A DNA stretch of 64,000 nt. It comes from Mobula hypostoma. Lineage: Eukaryota. Below the pieces are notes generated by a model. The model did not search any database and had not been told where the DNA came from. It saw nothing but the letters and a program-made list of their open reading frames with translations. The position numbers and the translations under genes were made by a program. This document shows positions 50,507 to 63,115 of this stretch, one piece after another; the first letter of the stretch is position 1; each line of letters begins with the position of its first letter. The DNA is taken from NCBI RefSeq assembly GCF_963921235.1, contig NC_086097.1:180112001-180176000 (forward strand). Direction: 5' to 3'.

Positions 50507-51397
50507 TAGTGGTTGCTAATTGGTTGATCTTTGAGACTTTCCCAGTAGATCCCGGAAAAAGAAAAGAAAAATAAATACACCAGTTTGAGACTGTCTGTGA
50601 GGTGTCTGTCAGTAAGACAACTCCTGTACTTAGATTTCATAATTTTCATCTGTTGCAGCACAGCGCCCTCGCAAGCCTGCTGACAGACTGAATATTTGAA
50701 TAGACAGTTTCTTTTGTTAGATTGAATGTTGAATCTGCCACGTTTTTCAGGTGTTTTGTATTGGTAAACTGTTACTGAGACACTAGTATAAGTTCCAGAG
50801 GTATGCAAGATAATGGCACCACTGTTTTTTTTGTTTCCCAGTTCTTTTACATTTAGGGAATGTTGGAATTTAAAGGGGGAGAAGTGTTGTAATGTGAGCA
50901 TTATAAAGATAAGTTAATACCAATTAGGATAATGGTAATATAGCAATACTTGCGCTAGGGGAAGCTGTTCGTAAACAGAGGTTGTTTCCGGGGTTGCGGG
51001 GTTTTACTTCCAGTCTTTTCTGTGCATGTGTGTATAAGCCCCTCCGCCGCATTGGTTTTGCCATCCCAGATAAAGTTGTTCCTTTGGACATGAAGTTGTC
51101 AAGTGGTCCTTTTTCAAAGTAGAAGTTACTACAAAAGGTATGAAGTATTGTAATATTCTTAAAGAAAGACAGCTATGGCCTGTTTGATATGCTAGTTGCA
51201 GTGTTTTCTTGGTTGAATTAATTTGAAAGTTTGACAAAAGCATTTTATGTAATTCAAATACAATTAGCCAAATAAAAGGCCACTGGTTGGAAGTACAATC
51301 TGAGTTGTTTTTTCTCTAAACGATTTAGTGGGTAGAACTTGCCTTTCACTAAGGCTGAGGTAGGGGATCTTGGGCTTAAAAAGGTTGGCGACCACTA
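50507..51397 (-). mobile_element. Second non-autonomous hAT element, in NPC1 intron 5
   Basis: Termini tagtggttgctaa / ttggcgaccacta. Perfect 8-bp TSD CTGTGCTT (50499-50506, 51398-51405). Remnant MKIMKSKYRSCLTDRHL on the minus strand. Confidence 0.85.
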
Positions 51398-51419
51398 CTG
51401 TGCTTTATCTCTAACAAAC

Positions 51420-51930
51420 ATATCATCATCATCATGTGCTATGTCGTATGACGTGGGAGATCATGGTCTCCATCTGTCTTTAATCTGAAAGGTTCTAATA
51501 AGTTCTTCAAAACTTGGCTTGTCCATCCCTTGAGGTACCCCATGAATGTCATGTGCTGTTGACAGTGGCTCTTTCTTCCATCAGTTTTTCCCATTACTGC
51601 AAGATGTTCGAGCTTCTCTTTCCTCAGTATGTGTCCCAGAAATTCCTACTGCCGTTTCCTGATTGATCATACCAGCTCTTTTTATTCTGGCTTTTCGCAA
51701 CACTTCTTTATTTGTTTCGGTCCTTTCACGATATTTTCATTATTCTTTTCAGAAAACACATTTCTGCAGCTTCGAGTTTTCTCTCATTTTGCTTTGATAT
51801 TGTCCAACATTTGCTTCCATCGATTAGTGTAGAATGAATGTAATACCACACTGAGTTTCATACCCATTGAAAGTGTTATTTAGTATCTTGCTTGAAAGTG
51901 CATTTAGCAATCGAAATCCTTCTAATACAT
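51420..51930 (-). mobile_element. RTE-like LINE remnant
   Basis: Minus strand reads RRISIAKCTF...CWTISKQNERKLEAAEMCFLKRI; short (ATC)n at 51422-51434. Confidence 0.55.
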
Positions 51931-52163
51931 CTAATAATAAGCTTAATCTTTATTTTCCAAGTAAACTGAAGATCAGAATTCTTATTTAATCATTATCCCA
52001 ATGGTGATGTACTAGATAAGTCGGAAGAGGAGCATAGTACAGGAGGTGCTGGTACTTGAATCCAGCATTGTTGTAAAGCCCCTTTCCCAATGAAGTAATG
52101 TGGTTTTTGGAAGGAAGTGGAATGCAAACTGTTACTTTATGATATTGGCGTTGTCTTTGTTAG

Positions 52164-52413
52164 ATGATCCTGTTGGAAGAATGATCCCAATGAATAATGA
52201 AACCAGAGGCTGCAATGAGAGTCTGGACGATGGTTCACCACCGTGTAGCTGTCAAGATTGCTCGCTGGTTTGTGGTCCAAAGCCAGTGCCACCACCACTA
52301 CCTGAGCCATGGACCATTTTTGGTCTGGACGCCATGGCTGTCATAATGTGGATCGTCTATCTGGTCTTCCTGCTCTCCTTTGTGGGAGGCGTCATTTGGA
52401 TGTCGTTTTGCAG
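52164..52413 (+). CDS. NPC1: NPC1 exon 6 (end of NTD, Pro-rich linker, TM1)
   Basis: [12 protein letters not shown]...[32 protein letters not shown]...; 250 nt. Confidence 0.97.
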
Positions 52414-53203
52414 GTAATGAAGTTGGAAAGTCTGTCTACTTGTGACAGGTTCCATGTAGATATAGAGGCCGGTGGACCAGAGTATGCCATCTGAAAATAC
52501 ACGGTAAACTTTTACTGTGTAACTGATCCTAAGATCTGCCTTCAACCCTGACCTTGACTGCTGTCTGTCTCGATTACATAAACTTCCTGAGACCATGTAG
52601 GTTCCCCCAAATACTGTGGTTCCCTCCCACATCCCCCAAGTCTTGCTGGTTGCTTAACTGACTGCAATAAATTTCTCCTACCACTTAGATTGGGGATATC
52701 AGTGGGAAGTATTGGGTAATATTGCAGAGAAATGGCACAAGTCAGTGAGCTGAATGACAGTCTCTTGTGGAAAAGTATTGAATGGGCTCTGATCATTGAG
52801 GGCTGATGGCAGGACAGATATTGGAACCTTTTCTTGACAACAATCCTGGTGTTCATTATCTGGTTACCTACTGCATTTAACTTGTTTGGAGCTAACACCA
52901 GCCGTTTGACACATTCCACTCTCATTCAGCCTCCACCCCTTCCACCTGCCTGGAGATCTGGGGGGAAGTGCCTGGTCCACCTCACTGGCTGTTGTAGAAT
53001 GTAGCATTGCTGTAAATAGTCTAGACATTCCTCAATTTTGAATCCATCTGCAAGCATTGAAAATTAAAATTGAGCATTGAAGTACTAGGGTGTATAGATT
53101 GTGTAAACACAGGACCTGAAGCTGAGAGCTGGTTGTAAAGAACCGTGGAGCATCTCCTTACAATGTCTGTTTGCTTCTTCTGAATCTCCTCTTTCTGCTA
53201 CAG

Positions 53204-53283
53204 GAAACAGCATATTGTTTCTGAATATGCACCGATTATTGATACCAGCACAAGTAATTCAGTGAACATGGAGTATGATCTAG
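53204..53283 (+). CDS. NPC1: NPC1 exon 7 (cytosolic loop)
   Basis: cag|RKQHIVSEYAPIIDTSTSNSVNMEYDL|gtaggt; 80 nt; phases fit exons 6 and 8; resembles human KRYFVSEYTPID. Confidence 0.9.
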
Positions 53284-53476
53284 GTAGGTTTTCGTGGTTT
53301 TTTCTTGGCAAATTGAATTAAATGAATTCTGTGAAATGGAATCTGGCTCAAGTTAACTTTGCATAATCACTTGCTTTTGTGAATTGCTTTTAGTGGGGTA
53401 TGCATTTGCAAACGTGTGGGTGACTGCAATGTATATTAATCCCCTTCCCAATGTGATAACTGTACTGTCCCCCCAG

Positions 53477-53847
53477 AAAAGAAGTCCTGTTGTGAACAGC
53501 TTGGTGCAAAATCAGAAGCTCTCCTGCGTGACATATTCTCACAGTGGGGGTCCTTCTGTGTGAGAAACCCTGCTCCGGTGATCATCCTCACCATCATTGC
53601 TGTAGGAATCTGTTCTTCAGGCTTGGTTTTCATGAAGATCACCACTGATCCAGTTGAACTCTGGTCTGCTCCTTCCAGCCAAGCTCGCAAAGAAAAATAT
53701 TACTTTGACACTCACTTTGGACCTTTCTTTCGCACCGAACAGCTGATTATTACAGCACCAAACAGCACTTGGACTACATTCTCCCCTTACCCGTCAGGGT
53801 CAGATGTACCCTTTGGCCCACCTTTGAGGAAGGATATATTACACCAG
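53477..53847 (+). CDS. NPC1: NPC1 exon 8 (TM2, start of domain C)
   Basis: WGSFCVRNP...[38 protein letters not shown]...[13 protein letters not shown]...LHQ; 371 nt. Confidence 0.97.
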
Positions 53848-54197
53848 GTTTGTATTGTAGGGGAAATCTGTTGGTATGGTGTCAGCGTGAAGGGTTAAAA
53901 CTAGATCTATTCTTTGGTGCAACAAATAAGGGATAAATTTTGAATAAGGCTGAGGATTGGGAAAGGGAGCTTCAGTAAATTTCCACTAGGCAGTGGAAAA
54001 GTGTTGCAAGATTTGGCATGAAGACTCAATTGCAGGGAAGGTGGGGTTGCCCAGTGCAAGATGTTGATTGTTTGTGGGGTGGTTGCTGGTAGAGAGCCAA
54101 AGGCCTGAACTTGTCTTGGTGATGGTAATCTCTGGGGATGTCCGACAGGCAGTGTAACAGATGCTGAATAATTTCCTCACTGCTCTCCACCCACCAG

Positions 54198-54885
54198 TTA
54201 GAAACATAGAACACCTACAGCACAATACAGGCCCCTTGGCCCACAAAGCTGTGCTGAACAGGTCCTTAGTTTAGAAATTATCTAGAGTTACCCATAGCCC
54301 TCTATTTTTCTGAGTTCCATGTACCTATCCAGGGGTCTCTTAAAAGACCCTATCGTTTCCACCTCCACCACCGTCGTCGACACCCCATTCCACGCACTCA
54401 CCAGTCTCTGCGTTTTTTAAAAAAAAACAACTTACCCCTGACATCTCCTCTGTAACTACTGCCAAGCACATTAAAAGTATCCCCTCTCATACTAGCTATT
54501 TCAGCCCTGGGGGAAAAAGCCTCTGACTATCCACACAATCACTGCCTCTCATTATCTTATTCACATATATCAGGTCACCTCTTATCCCCTGTTACTCCAA
54601 GGAGAAAAGGCTGAGTTCACTCAACCTATTCTCATAAGGCATGCGCCCCAATCCAGGCAACATCCTTGTAAATTTCCTCTGCACCCTTTCTATGGTTTCC
54701 ATATCCTTCCTGTAGTGAGGCAACCAGAACTGAGCACAGTACTCCAAGTGTGGTCTGACCAAGGTCCTATAGAGCTGCAACATTACCTTTCAGTGCCTAA
54801 ACTCAATCCCACGATTGATGAAGGCCAATGCACCGTATGCTTTCTTAACCAGTGTCAACCTGCGTAGCAGCTTTTAGTGTCCTAT
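54198..54885 (-). mobile_element. CR1 3' fragment in NPC1 intron 8, same subfamily as 880-2425
   Basis: ORF 54592..54783(-) MLQLYRTLVRPHLEYCAQFW...PYENRLSEL; tail ttctatgtttct. Confidence 0.88.
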
Positions 54886-55471
54886 GTTGCATTGAGTAGT
54901 CTCACACCGGTCTGATGGTTGTGAATTTGGTGGAAGTTGCTGAGGCTGGGATCTACAGATGTGTTTACTCTAAACATTAAACATCTGAGCCAACTGTTTG
55001 TGAGTTGGTCTGAAGTGCATTGCCTAAAGGCAGTGGAAGTATCAATCCCTTTGGAAAGTGAATGGGTTAAAGATCTAAAGAGGAGAAATTCCTTGAAAGA
55101 TATGGTAAAACCGTGGCATTAGCCAAACAGCTACCCATTGAAAGCTTGTCATTTAATGGTACATTTGCCTCACTGGGTTAATTCTTAATCTGTATGTGCT
55201 TAGACTTGCACTGTGTATAGCATTAATTATATACTATTTTGGTTGCCACACTGAAGAATGAGAATAAGCTGGGGTGGGGGGGGGCGGTTGAAACCATTCA
55301 ATCATGTTGGGACTGGATGGGTTGGGACTGTCTTCCTGGAGCAAAGGAGGCTAAGGGGTGACCTTAAAATCGAGGGTACATAAAGTGAAGGGTCAGGCTT
55401 TGAGGTGCATTTTGACTTTAAGATTCCATTTGTTCATATATGACCTGTTCCAAACTTTCAATTATTTTTAG

Positions 55472-55698
55472 GTGCTGGATTTGCAGGATGCAATCCAGGA
55501 TTTGGAGGCCTATTACAAGAATGAAAGTGTGAAGCTTCAGGACATCTGCCTGACACCCCTGGCTCCATATAACAATAACTGCACCATACTGAGTGTCTTG
55601 AACTACTTCCAGAACAGCCACACTGTCCTTGATCATTCTGTTGGTGATTATTTTTATGTATATGCTGACTACCATAGTCACTTCCTGTACTGCACTAG
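55472..55698 (+). CDS. NPC1: NPC1 exon 9
   Basis: VLDLQDAI...[29 protein letters not shown]...[13 protein letters not shown]; 227 nt. Confidence 0.97.
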
Positions 55699-55899
55699 GT
55701 ACGTGAACATGTGTAAATGGACTGGAATGGGGTTGGGTGATGAGATTATTGCTTCCTTCCACTGCAAATTCAAGGCATCAAACATTAAACTATTTGCTCA
55801 TTGGTTTGTGATATGTTTTGAGACCTTGCTGTCTGGTTTGATTAATCACAAACTGCCAGTATCTCATTTTTTGGGATCCTTGTATGGGAGAAGTTTGAG

Positions 55900-56545
55900 T
55901 TGGACAACCTTGCCCATATGGAGATTTCTAGTAAATAACTGCCTCATTACCAGAACTTGCCAACAAGCACCAAAATCTTGCTTGGTAGGTGGTGAGGCGG
56001 ACCATGAGACCCTTCCCAAAAGATGACAAACACCTCCAATGCAGACTGCCTTTGGGGTTGCTGTGGTGGAGAAGAGACTCTCGCCCAGTTTGCAGACTGG
56101 GTTTGTGAAGGAGGTGTGGAGATAGAAGCAAGGGTTGTGGTCTCAGTTCCTAGATGCACACAGACACCAGGTGCTGATGGCAGGTCACCTACTTGGTGAA
56201 AGATACCATTTGATCTGCCCAAATTGTGATCTTGAAGCACAATGAGATACTTGTAAGGGATTGCTGCTGACGGGCTTATTCCAGGTTGTGGGAGTGTGTG
56301 TACTGAGGGATGCACTGAAGCTCAGTGCATCCCTCAGTACAGAATCTGGGCAAGGGCCACAGACCAGAGTCCTTCTGCTACTGTGCTCGGAGGGGCTGAG
56401 TTGGATTGGGAAGCACTTCAAGCATTGAGTATATCACCCCAAGGGGTCAGAAGAGTAGCAATGGTGCTAGTTTGTTTTTGTGAAGTTAAAACTGCTGAAT
56501 GTAATAGTTTTACTGTTCCTTCCTTTGTATAAATTGATTAGTCAA
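55900..56545 (+). mobile_element. Highly decayed L1/Tx1-like 3' remnant
   Basis: Frameshifted remnants resembling the Cys-rich RT C-terminus (AWLV...C...GGEET...FVKEVW); low identity, judged by eye. Confidence 0.4.
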
Positions 56546-58109
56546 AAATTAAGTTTTTAAAATTGAAGGTGGTGAGTCTCTGCAATGCAAGGACTAGACG
56601 AGGAGAACTGAATCATTGAGCTGACCACATAGTTCCTCAAACTTGCTCCACTGAAAATGTGTGACTGCTTCCCCAGTGGTTTTTTCTCTTCCTAGATTGC
56701 TTTTATTTCTGAAGCTCCACTGTTGGTCTGAATATATTCAAGAGAATTGCAGTCCTGAGGTGGTGTTTTGCACAAGATCCAATATCACTTGCAAAGAGAA
56801 CTTGAGCAAATTTGCTGGTACATGAGACTAGTTGGTGTTGTCCCCTGAGCTGATAACCCAAAGGTATTTTTATTGTTTAGAACAGGATGCTTTGAGGATG
56901 CCAAAGGCTAGGATTATTTTCACAATGGCAACTTGATTTTTCCTTCCCCAGCCCAGTCTATATACTCTTGTCATCGATTCTCATTTCTAAATTACACCCC
57001 TACTGTACGTCTCAAATGTGAAATTGACCAAACTTGCACTTTATTTCAGCAGATTACTATGTCTAGAACCCAGTTCTGGTATAGATGTTCCCAAAACATG
57101 TACATGATGAACTTCAGTTGTCAGAAAAACGTTGGAAGTGGTTAATATTTTGGATTGGTCTGTTATGAAGAAGGGTTTTTGACCTGAAATGTTAATCTTT
57201 TCCACAAATGTTGAATACCTGTATATTGAGGATTTCCAGACTTTTATTTGTTTCAGATTTTCAGCATCTGCAGCTTCTGAATTTCATTTTGTCTCGTGTG
57301 TAATCATGCTCCTTGCCAGAAATGCATACCAGCTGGGAATTTAGTATTCACCACCTTTAGCCTATCTGGGATTTATCTCTAGGATTTAAATCTAGCCACT
57401 TGGTATTCTGTGTTGTGTGTCCTAAACTCCATAGTTCAAAGGTAGCTTTTAAATTGTGCCCAGAATCAGACTTCAGTACAGGAAATATTTTGGTTCATAT
57501 GTTATAATTGGGAAATCCTCCAACATTATCCCTCTTCCTCGGTACTAGGTAGATCTGTGCACCAAGTACTGACTTAACCCTCCTACCCTTTCAGGCAGTG
57601 AATTCCTACTGCCACAACTGCTCTATAGTGGGTGGGGAAGGTTGAGGGAGGAATAGATATTTGAATCTGACCAGTTTTAACCTTTTCCACTACTTACAGT
57701 CCAAGAAATGGTGTGTAAAGAGGGTTTTTGACAAGGACAGGCCAGCCCAAAAAGCTTGCCAAATTCCTGTTCGGTGTTGAAGTAACTATCAAGTTTAGAT
57801 TTGGGAATGTGTCTTCCCATTTTTGTATGCAAGTTTTGAATCTGTTTCCTTAAACCTTGAGCAGTTTTGAACTTTTCCTTAAACACCATTTGAAGATGGG
57901 GAGTAAGTGGAACAGTTGTACACTGTTTCTTGTGTTAAAGGATGTGGTAGCAAGGTGGTGTTAACTGTTTGCATCTAACTAGACCTCTAATATGCCAGAG
58001 TTTCTGCTTTTACTTCAGTATAATATAACTTCAAAATTTGGCTCTTTAATGACAAGATATTGTTTTGCTTTCAATACTATCTCTAAAACAATCATGATTG
58101 AATTTTCAG

Positions 58110-58210
58110 GGCTCCAGCTTCACTCAATGACACAACTAAGCTTCATGACCCCTGTTTGGGAACATTTGGTGGTCCGGTTTTTCCGTGGTTAGTTGTAGGA
58201 GGATACAATG
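58110..58210 (+). CDS. NPC1: NPC1 exon 10
   Basis: [33 protein letters not shown]; 101 nt; donor gtaagc. Confidence 0.97.
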
Positions 58211-60839
58211 GTAAGCAGAATCTGCAACTCCAGTTCCATTGTACTGTTTCAATTCACACTTGGCTGTACTGGTTAGAGTTCTCCTGCATTAGAAACGTGT
58301 TAGTTTGTTTCTGGTGTTAATACACTTGAACTAAATTTGCGTTATCACTTGGGTACAGTGAAAATCATTGCATGCAATCCATACAGATAACTTCACTGTA
58401 ATAGTGCATTGAGGTTGTGTGATCATTAAGGATCTTTACCATCTGGAATATGCCCTCTTCTCATTACTACCATCTGTGAATAGGTACAGGAGTCTGAAGG
58501 CTCTCACTCAATGAGTCAGGAACGGCTTCTTCCAGTCCATTTAATTTATAAACACTACCTCATTATTCCTCTCTTTGCAGTAATTATTTTTGTAACTTTG
58601 CCTTTGCAGTGTACTGCTGCTACAAAATACAAACTTCATCATCTGAAGTCAGTGATGAATGATTCTGGTTACGAGGGGATAAACAACACAGTGCAGAATA
58701 TAATGCCAAAAGATGCAAGGTCAAGTCTATTTTATCAAACCAGAGGACGTAATCTATTTTTCAATCTAAAATTGAAATATTATGGATGTGGAATTATTAA
58801 AATGTTGGCATTGTAATGAGGCTGTGCAGTAACAATAAGTAGCAATGTTTTGGGCATGCAATCTGTTAAAATATCTGCTTTAATTAGTTTCACACATGTG
58901 GTTCTAATTTTGTGGTAAAGGCTAGTGGTGGAGTAGTTAAATTTGTAATTGAATCAGGAACTGTCAGAAATGTTGCTGAGAATAAAACATTCCTCAAACA
59001 TAATCAGAAGAGAAACGGACTCTCTGATTCCAGCCTATTGGTCACTGGGCTTCCTCTTAATTTCCTAGACTGTTTTTCCTGTCAGTTGTAGGTACCACGT
59101 TTAAGTCTGGAACTCGAGAGGCCTGTTTAACTTGGCATTGTTTGGCATGGATGTGGTAGGCCAAAGGATCTGTTGCTCTGCTGTACAGCTCTGATCTAAT
59201 CCATTTAAAGGTCTCTTTAAAATTTTAACCTTTTGTGATTTAAAACTGACATAACACAATTTATCAACCAGCTACAAAATACTCAGCGTTCCACAAATGC
59301 CATGAATCTAATTATGCCAAGCTACTGGTGCTGTATTGAAATGTGGGCTGTATGCATCGCAGCTTGAATGCCATAACATGACTTGTTTTCAGTGATCCAA
59401 GTAGGTGGTGAAAAACCTGAATCAGTCGTTTCCTTCGACAGTAATGAGAAATGGAGTTTTGAATTGTCAATTCTAGCTTTTCCCTGTGGCTGCCTATGTG
59501 CCATTTCCTATTTATTTCAGACAAGCTAGATCAGATTAAGTGATGATTCACAAGATCCCTAATTGGGCCAGTGATCCAGAACTTGAAAGGTTGCGATCCA
59601 GAAGTCTGAGCTCCAGTCCCACCACAGCAGCTGTGGAACTTAGATTTTGTAAGAAGTAAGGCAGAAATGGCTCATACAAGAATGCATAATTTTGAGGTGA
59701 TTGGAGAAAAGTTTAGGGCAATGTCAGGTAGGCTTTTAGAGAATGGGTGAATGGAACACACTGCTGGGGTGGTAGTAGAGGCTGATACTTTGGGGACATT
59801 TAAAAGACTTAAGCACATGGATGACAAAAGTGGAGGGCTATGTGTCAGCGAAGGGTTGTATAAATCTTGGGGTGGGTTAACAGGTCTGCACAACATTGAG
59901 AGCCAAAGGGCCTGTATTGAGCTGTATGGTTCTGCGTTGTAATCTAACCATCAGTGATAATCACCTCTAGTTGATTGTGGTTTTTGCAGCTTGTGTGGCA
60001 AAGGTGGGAAAGCTGCGGGTCTGCAAGTTCAGACTTGCCAATGCAGTTGACTTTCTAAATGCCTCCTGAAATGACCCAGCAGACTTCAATTCAAGGGCTG
60101 TGAGTTGTTGATTGCCACGCACCCAGGCATTCTCTTCCCTCTCCCTTCAGGCAGAAGATGCAAAAGCCTGAAAACGTATTCCATTGGGTTCAAAGGCAGC
60201 TACGATTTCATTGTTCTAAGAATGCTGAACAGTACCCTAGTGTGATAAGATGGATTCCTGGCCTCTCAATGTACTTCTATAATCTTGCACCTTATTATCT
60301 GCCTGCGGTTTTCCCTTCTTCTGCCTCAGTGCACTGTAATGAATTGATCAGTATGCAAGACAAGTTTTTCACTGTACCTCTGTTCATGTGTCAATAAACC
60401 AATTTCAATTCCTTTTGCCCAGATCCTGAGAAAGTAGTTTCATTGAATCTACATCTAGGATTCTGTGCAGCAGCTGGTATGCAAAAAGTCTTGAAAGACT
60501 AGGAATTTAATTTCATGTTGAAAGCATGTGTTCCTCCTTCCCAGCACCTTCAATGGAAGGGCCAGTGACCAAACTGCTGTCTCACAGAATCAGAGATCCT
60601 GCTTCATCTGAGGACATTATTCTCTGCAATGTAGGAGATAAAGGGTTACTCTCCTGCAGCGGAGGTATGGCGTATACAAAATCACGAGGGGCACAGACTG
60701 CGAGAAAGCACATGGCCTTTATCTCCAAGGAGGAGGTGCTTAAAAAAAATGAGGGCATAGGTTTACAATCAGAAATGAGATTTAAAATGGACATTAGGGC
60801 AGCTTCTTCACAAGGGTGGTGTTTGTAACAAGCTGCCAT

Positions 60840-61180
60840 AAATAGAACATAGAACAGTACAGGCCCTTAAGCCCATGATGTAGAGCTGACCTTTTAAACC
60901 TACTTTAAGATCAATCTAACCCTTTCCTCATTCGCCCTACATTTTTCTTTCACCCATTTGCCTATATGTCTCTTGCATGTCCCTAATATATCCATCTCTA
61001 TCATCACTCCTGGCACTTGCCACTTTTTAAAAAAATCTCCTACCCCCATACTTCAGCTTAAGTTGTGCCTTCCCATGTTATCCATTGGACACTGAGGTAA
61101 AGTTGCTGGCTGTCCACTCTGTCTATGCCTCTTATCTTGTATACCTCTATCAAATTGCCTGTCATCCTCCTGCGCTCTAC
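60840..61180 (-). mobile_element. CR1 3' fragment
   Basis: atagaacatagaacagtac tail and tatacctctatcaaattgcct (reverse complement of G(D/N)LIEVY). Confidence 0.65.
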
Positions 61181-61729
61181 CTTTCCTCAGTGGTTGAGAT
61201 AGCAATATTTTAAAATCACCCAGTACATGGATAGGAGAGGGTGAGAGGACTATGGGCCAAATATGAGTAGGTGGGACTAGCTTGCTGGGCCAGTCAGTAT
61301 TGATCAGTTGGGCTGAAAGGCCTGTTTATATGCTGTACAAGTCCAATTTGATTTTTTAAAAATCCTGACCTCAAGTTTTGGGCGCCCCCCCCCCCACCCC
61401 CATCCGCATGGGGCACTCCAGTTTCCTCCGTATCCTGAAGATATGCAGGTGGCTGTAAATTGTCTCTGGCATATAGGTGAGTGCAAAGGTCTGTGCACTT
61501 GATGAGCATATTGGCAGAGGAATAAAACTTGGGATAATGTAGGATTGTAAATGGGTGGCTAGTGTGGGCTGAAGGGCCTGTTTCTGTACTGAACCTCTCC
61601 GACCTTGCTGTATGTAGAGCACTGTGGGGGAAAAGGAGAAACTGTTTAACTGAATCCCAGACTGCAGGCTATTTGACCAAGCAACATGTTCTATTTTTGT
61701 ATAATGGTGATGTCTTTAAAATCCCACAG

Positions 61730-61832
61730 ATGAAGATTATAACAATGCAACAGCGCTGGTGATTACCTTCCCTGTAAATAATTTTCACAATGACACTGAA
61801 AAACTGAATAGAGTCTTGGCCTGGGAGAAAGT
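61730..61832 (+). CDS. NPC1: NPC1 exon 11
   Basis: [33 protein letters not shown]; 103 nt; donor gtaagt. Confidence 0.97.
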
Positions 61833-61923
61833 GTAAGTAACTCGTCATTGAATAACCTTTCTACTTCTAGAAACACATCAATCAAATTCTTGCAAATGGT
61901 GTTTAATTTATTTCTCTCTTCAG

Positions 61924-62113
61924 GTTTGTTGATTTTCTGAAGAGTTATAATAATTCCAACCTGAGCATTTCGTTCTCTTCCGAACGGAGTATTGAAGATG
62001 AAATAAACCGCGAGAGTAACAGTGATGTCAAAACTATTCTTATCAGCTACATTATCATGTTTCTGTACATCTCCATCGCCTTGGGGCACATAAGGAGCTG
62101 CTTGAATTGCCTG
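61924..62113 (+). CDS. NPC1: NPC1 exon 12 (start of sterol-sensing domain)
   Basis: [35 protein letters not shown]...[16 protein letters not shown]; 190 nt. Confidence 0.97.
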
Positions 62114-62731
62114 GTGAGTGAAGCAGGCAGATATCCTCATTGCATTGCTGTTTTGGGTGGGGGGGGAGAATTAATTGTGCAACTGAAATGATTAGGCAAA
62201 AATGCAGATTTTAAAAGGTAATAATTTCCCCAGATTGGTGGTTTGCAGTGGTGAAAATTTTCAGTTGTTGTTCTATCAAGTGTTGGAGTGCAGGTATTCA
62301 ATAAGGTGCAAGACAGATTGAGGTAGTCTAGTATACTTGGGCAATGGGGTAGAAGTTGTCCTTGAGCTGGTGGTACCTGTTTTCAAGCTTAATTCTATTG
62401 GCGCTGTTTGTTTGTGTAGTCTCAAGTTCACTTTGAATCTACTCTGGTGAATACCTAACGGGACCAGACCTAATCCTCGTGACTGCACCCAGTGCTCTCC
62501 CTCAGTCCATGTTAGAAACAAAGCTGGTTACTTCCATCATGATGATCAAAAGCCATCCATGACCCAGAGTTTGGGAATTTCAGTGTGTTGTGCCTTAGTG
62601 GCTAGCCCCTTGCCTGCAAGTAAGTGCACTAGCTCCAGAGGAGAACTTTGTTCAAATTTTATGGATAACGAGCAGGATTACAGCTGCCTTGATAAGTTTA
62701 CGTTTACCTTTTTCATTTTGCTGTTGTCTAG

Positions 62732-62914
62732 GTGGACTCTAAGATTTCTCTAGGAATGGCTGGCATTGTGATTGTGCTGAGCTCGGTGGCCTGTTCGCTG
62801 GGGATCTTTAGCTATGCTGGGATCCCCCTCACACTGATTGTGATTGAAGTCATCCCTTTCCTGGTGCTGGCGGTCGGTGTAGACAACATATTCATCATTG
62901 TTCAGACATTTAGG
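62732..62914 (+). CDS. NPC1: NPC1 exon 13 (SSD)
   Basis: [61 protein letters not shown]; 183 nt. Confidence 0.97.
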
Positions 62915-63000
62915 GTATTCATGTTAATCACATTTTTTTATATATGTTCCACATGGTTAACTTGATTGGGGTCCTGATCACACTCCTTTCCTCTCTGCAG

Positions 63001-63115
63001 AGAGACAAACGACTGCTTGATGAGTCAGTTGACCAACAGATTGGCAGAGTTCTGGGTGAGGTGGCACCAAGTATATTCCTGTCATCCTTCTCTGAGACGG
63101 TGGCATTCTTCCTGG
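63001..63115 (+). CDS. NPC1: NPC1 exon 14 (SSD)
   Basis: [39 protein letters not shown]; 115 nt; donor gtatgt. Confidence 0.97.

Larger units (their letters stand above)
38670..63115 (+). other. NPC1: NPC1 gene span, coding exons 1-14; continues beyond the window
   Basis: 14 exons splice in frame with GT-AG introns (2,254 nt). They cover the signal peptide, N-terminal sterol-binding domain, TM1-2, middle luminal domain C and most of the sterol-sensing domain. Most exon lengths match those I recall for human NPC1. Confidence 0.97.

Noticed and set aside
38670..63115. NPC1L1 or Patched as alternative identity
   Set aside because: The multi-exon N-terminal domain and motifs (WYGECG, PYPSG.DVPFG, YADYH) fit NPC1. 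NPC1L1 encodes this region in one large exon, and Patched lacks the NTD.
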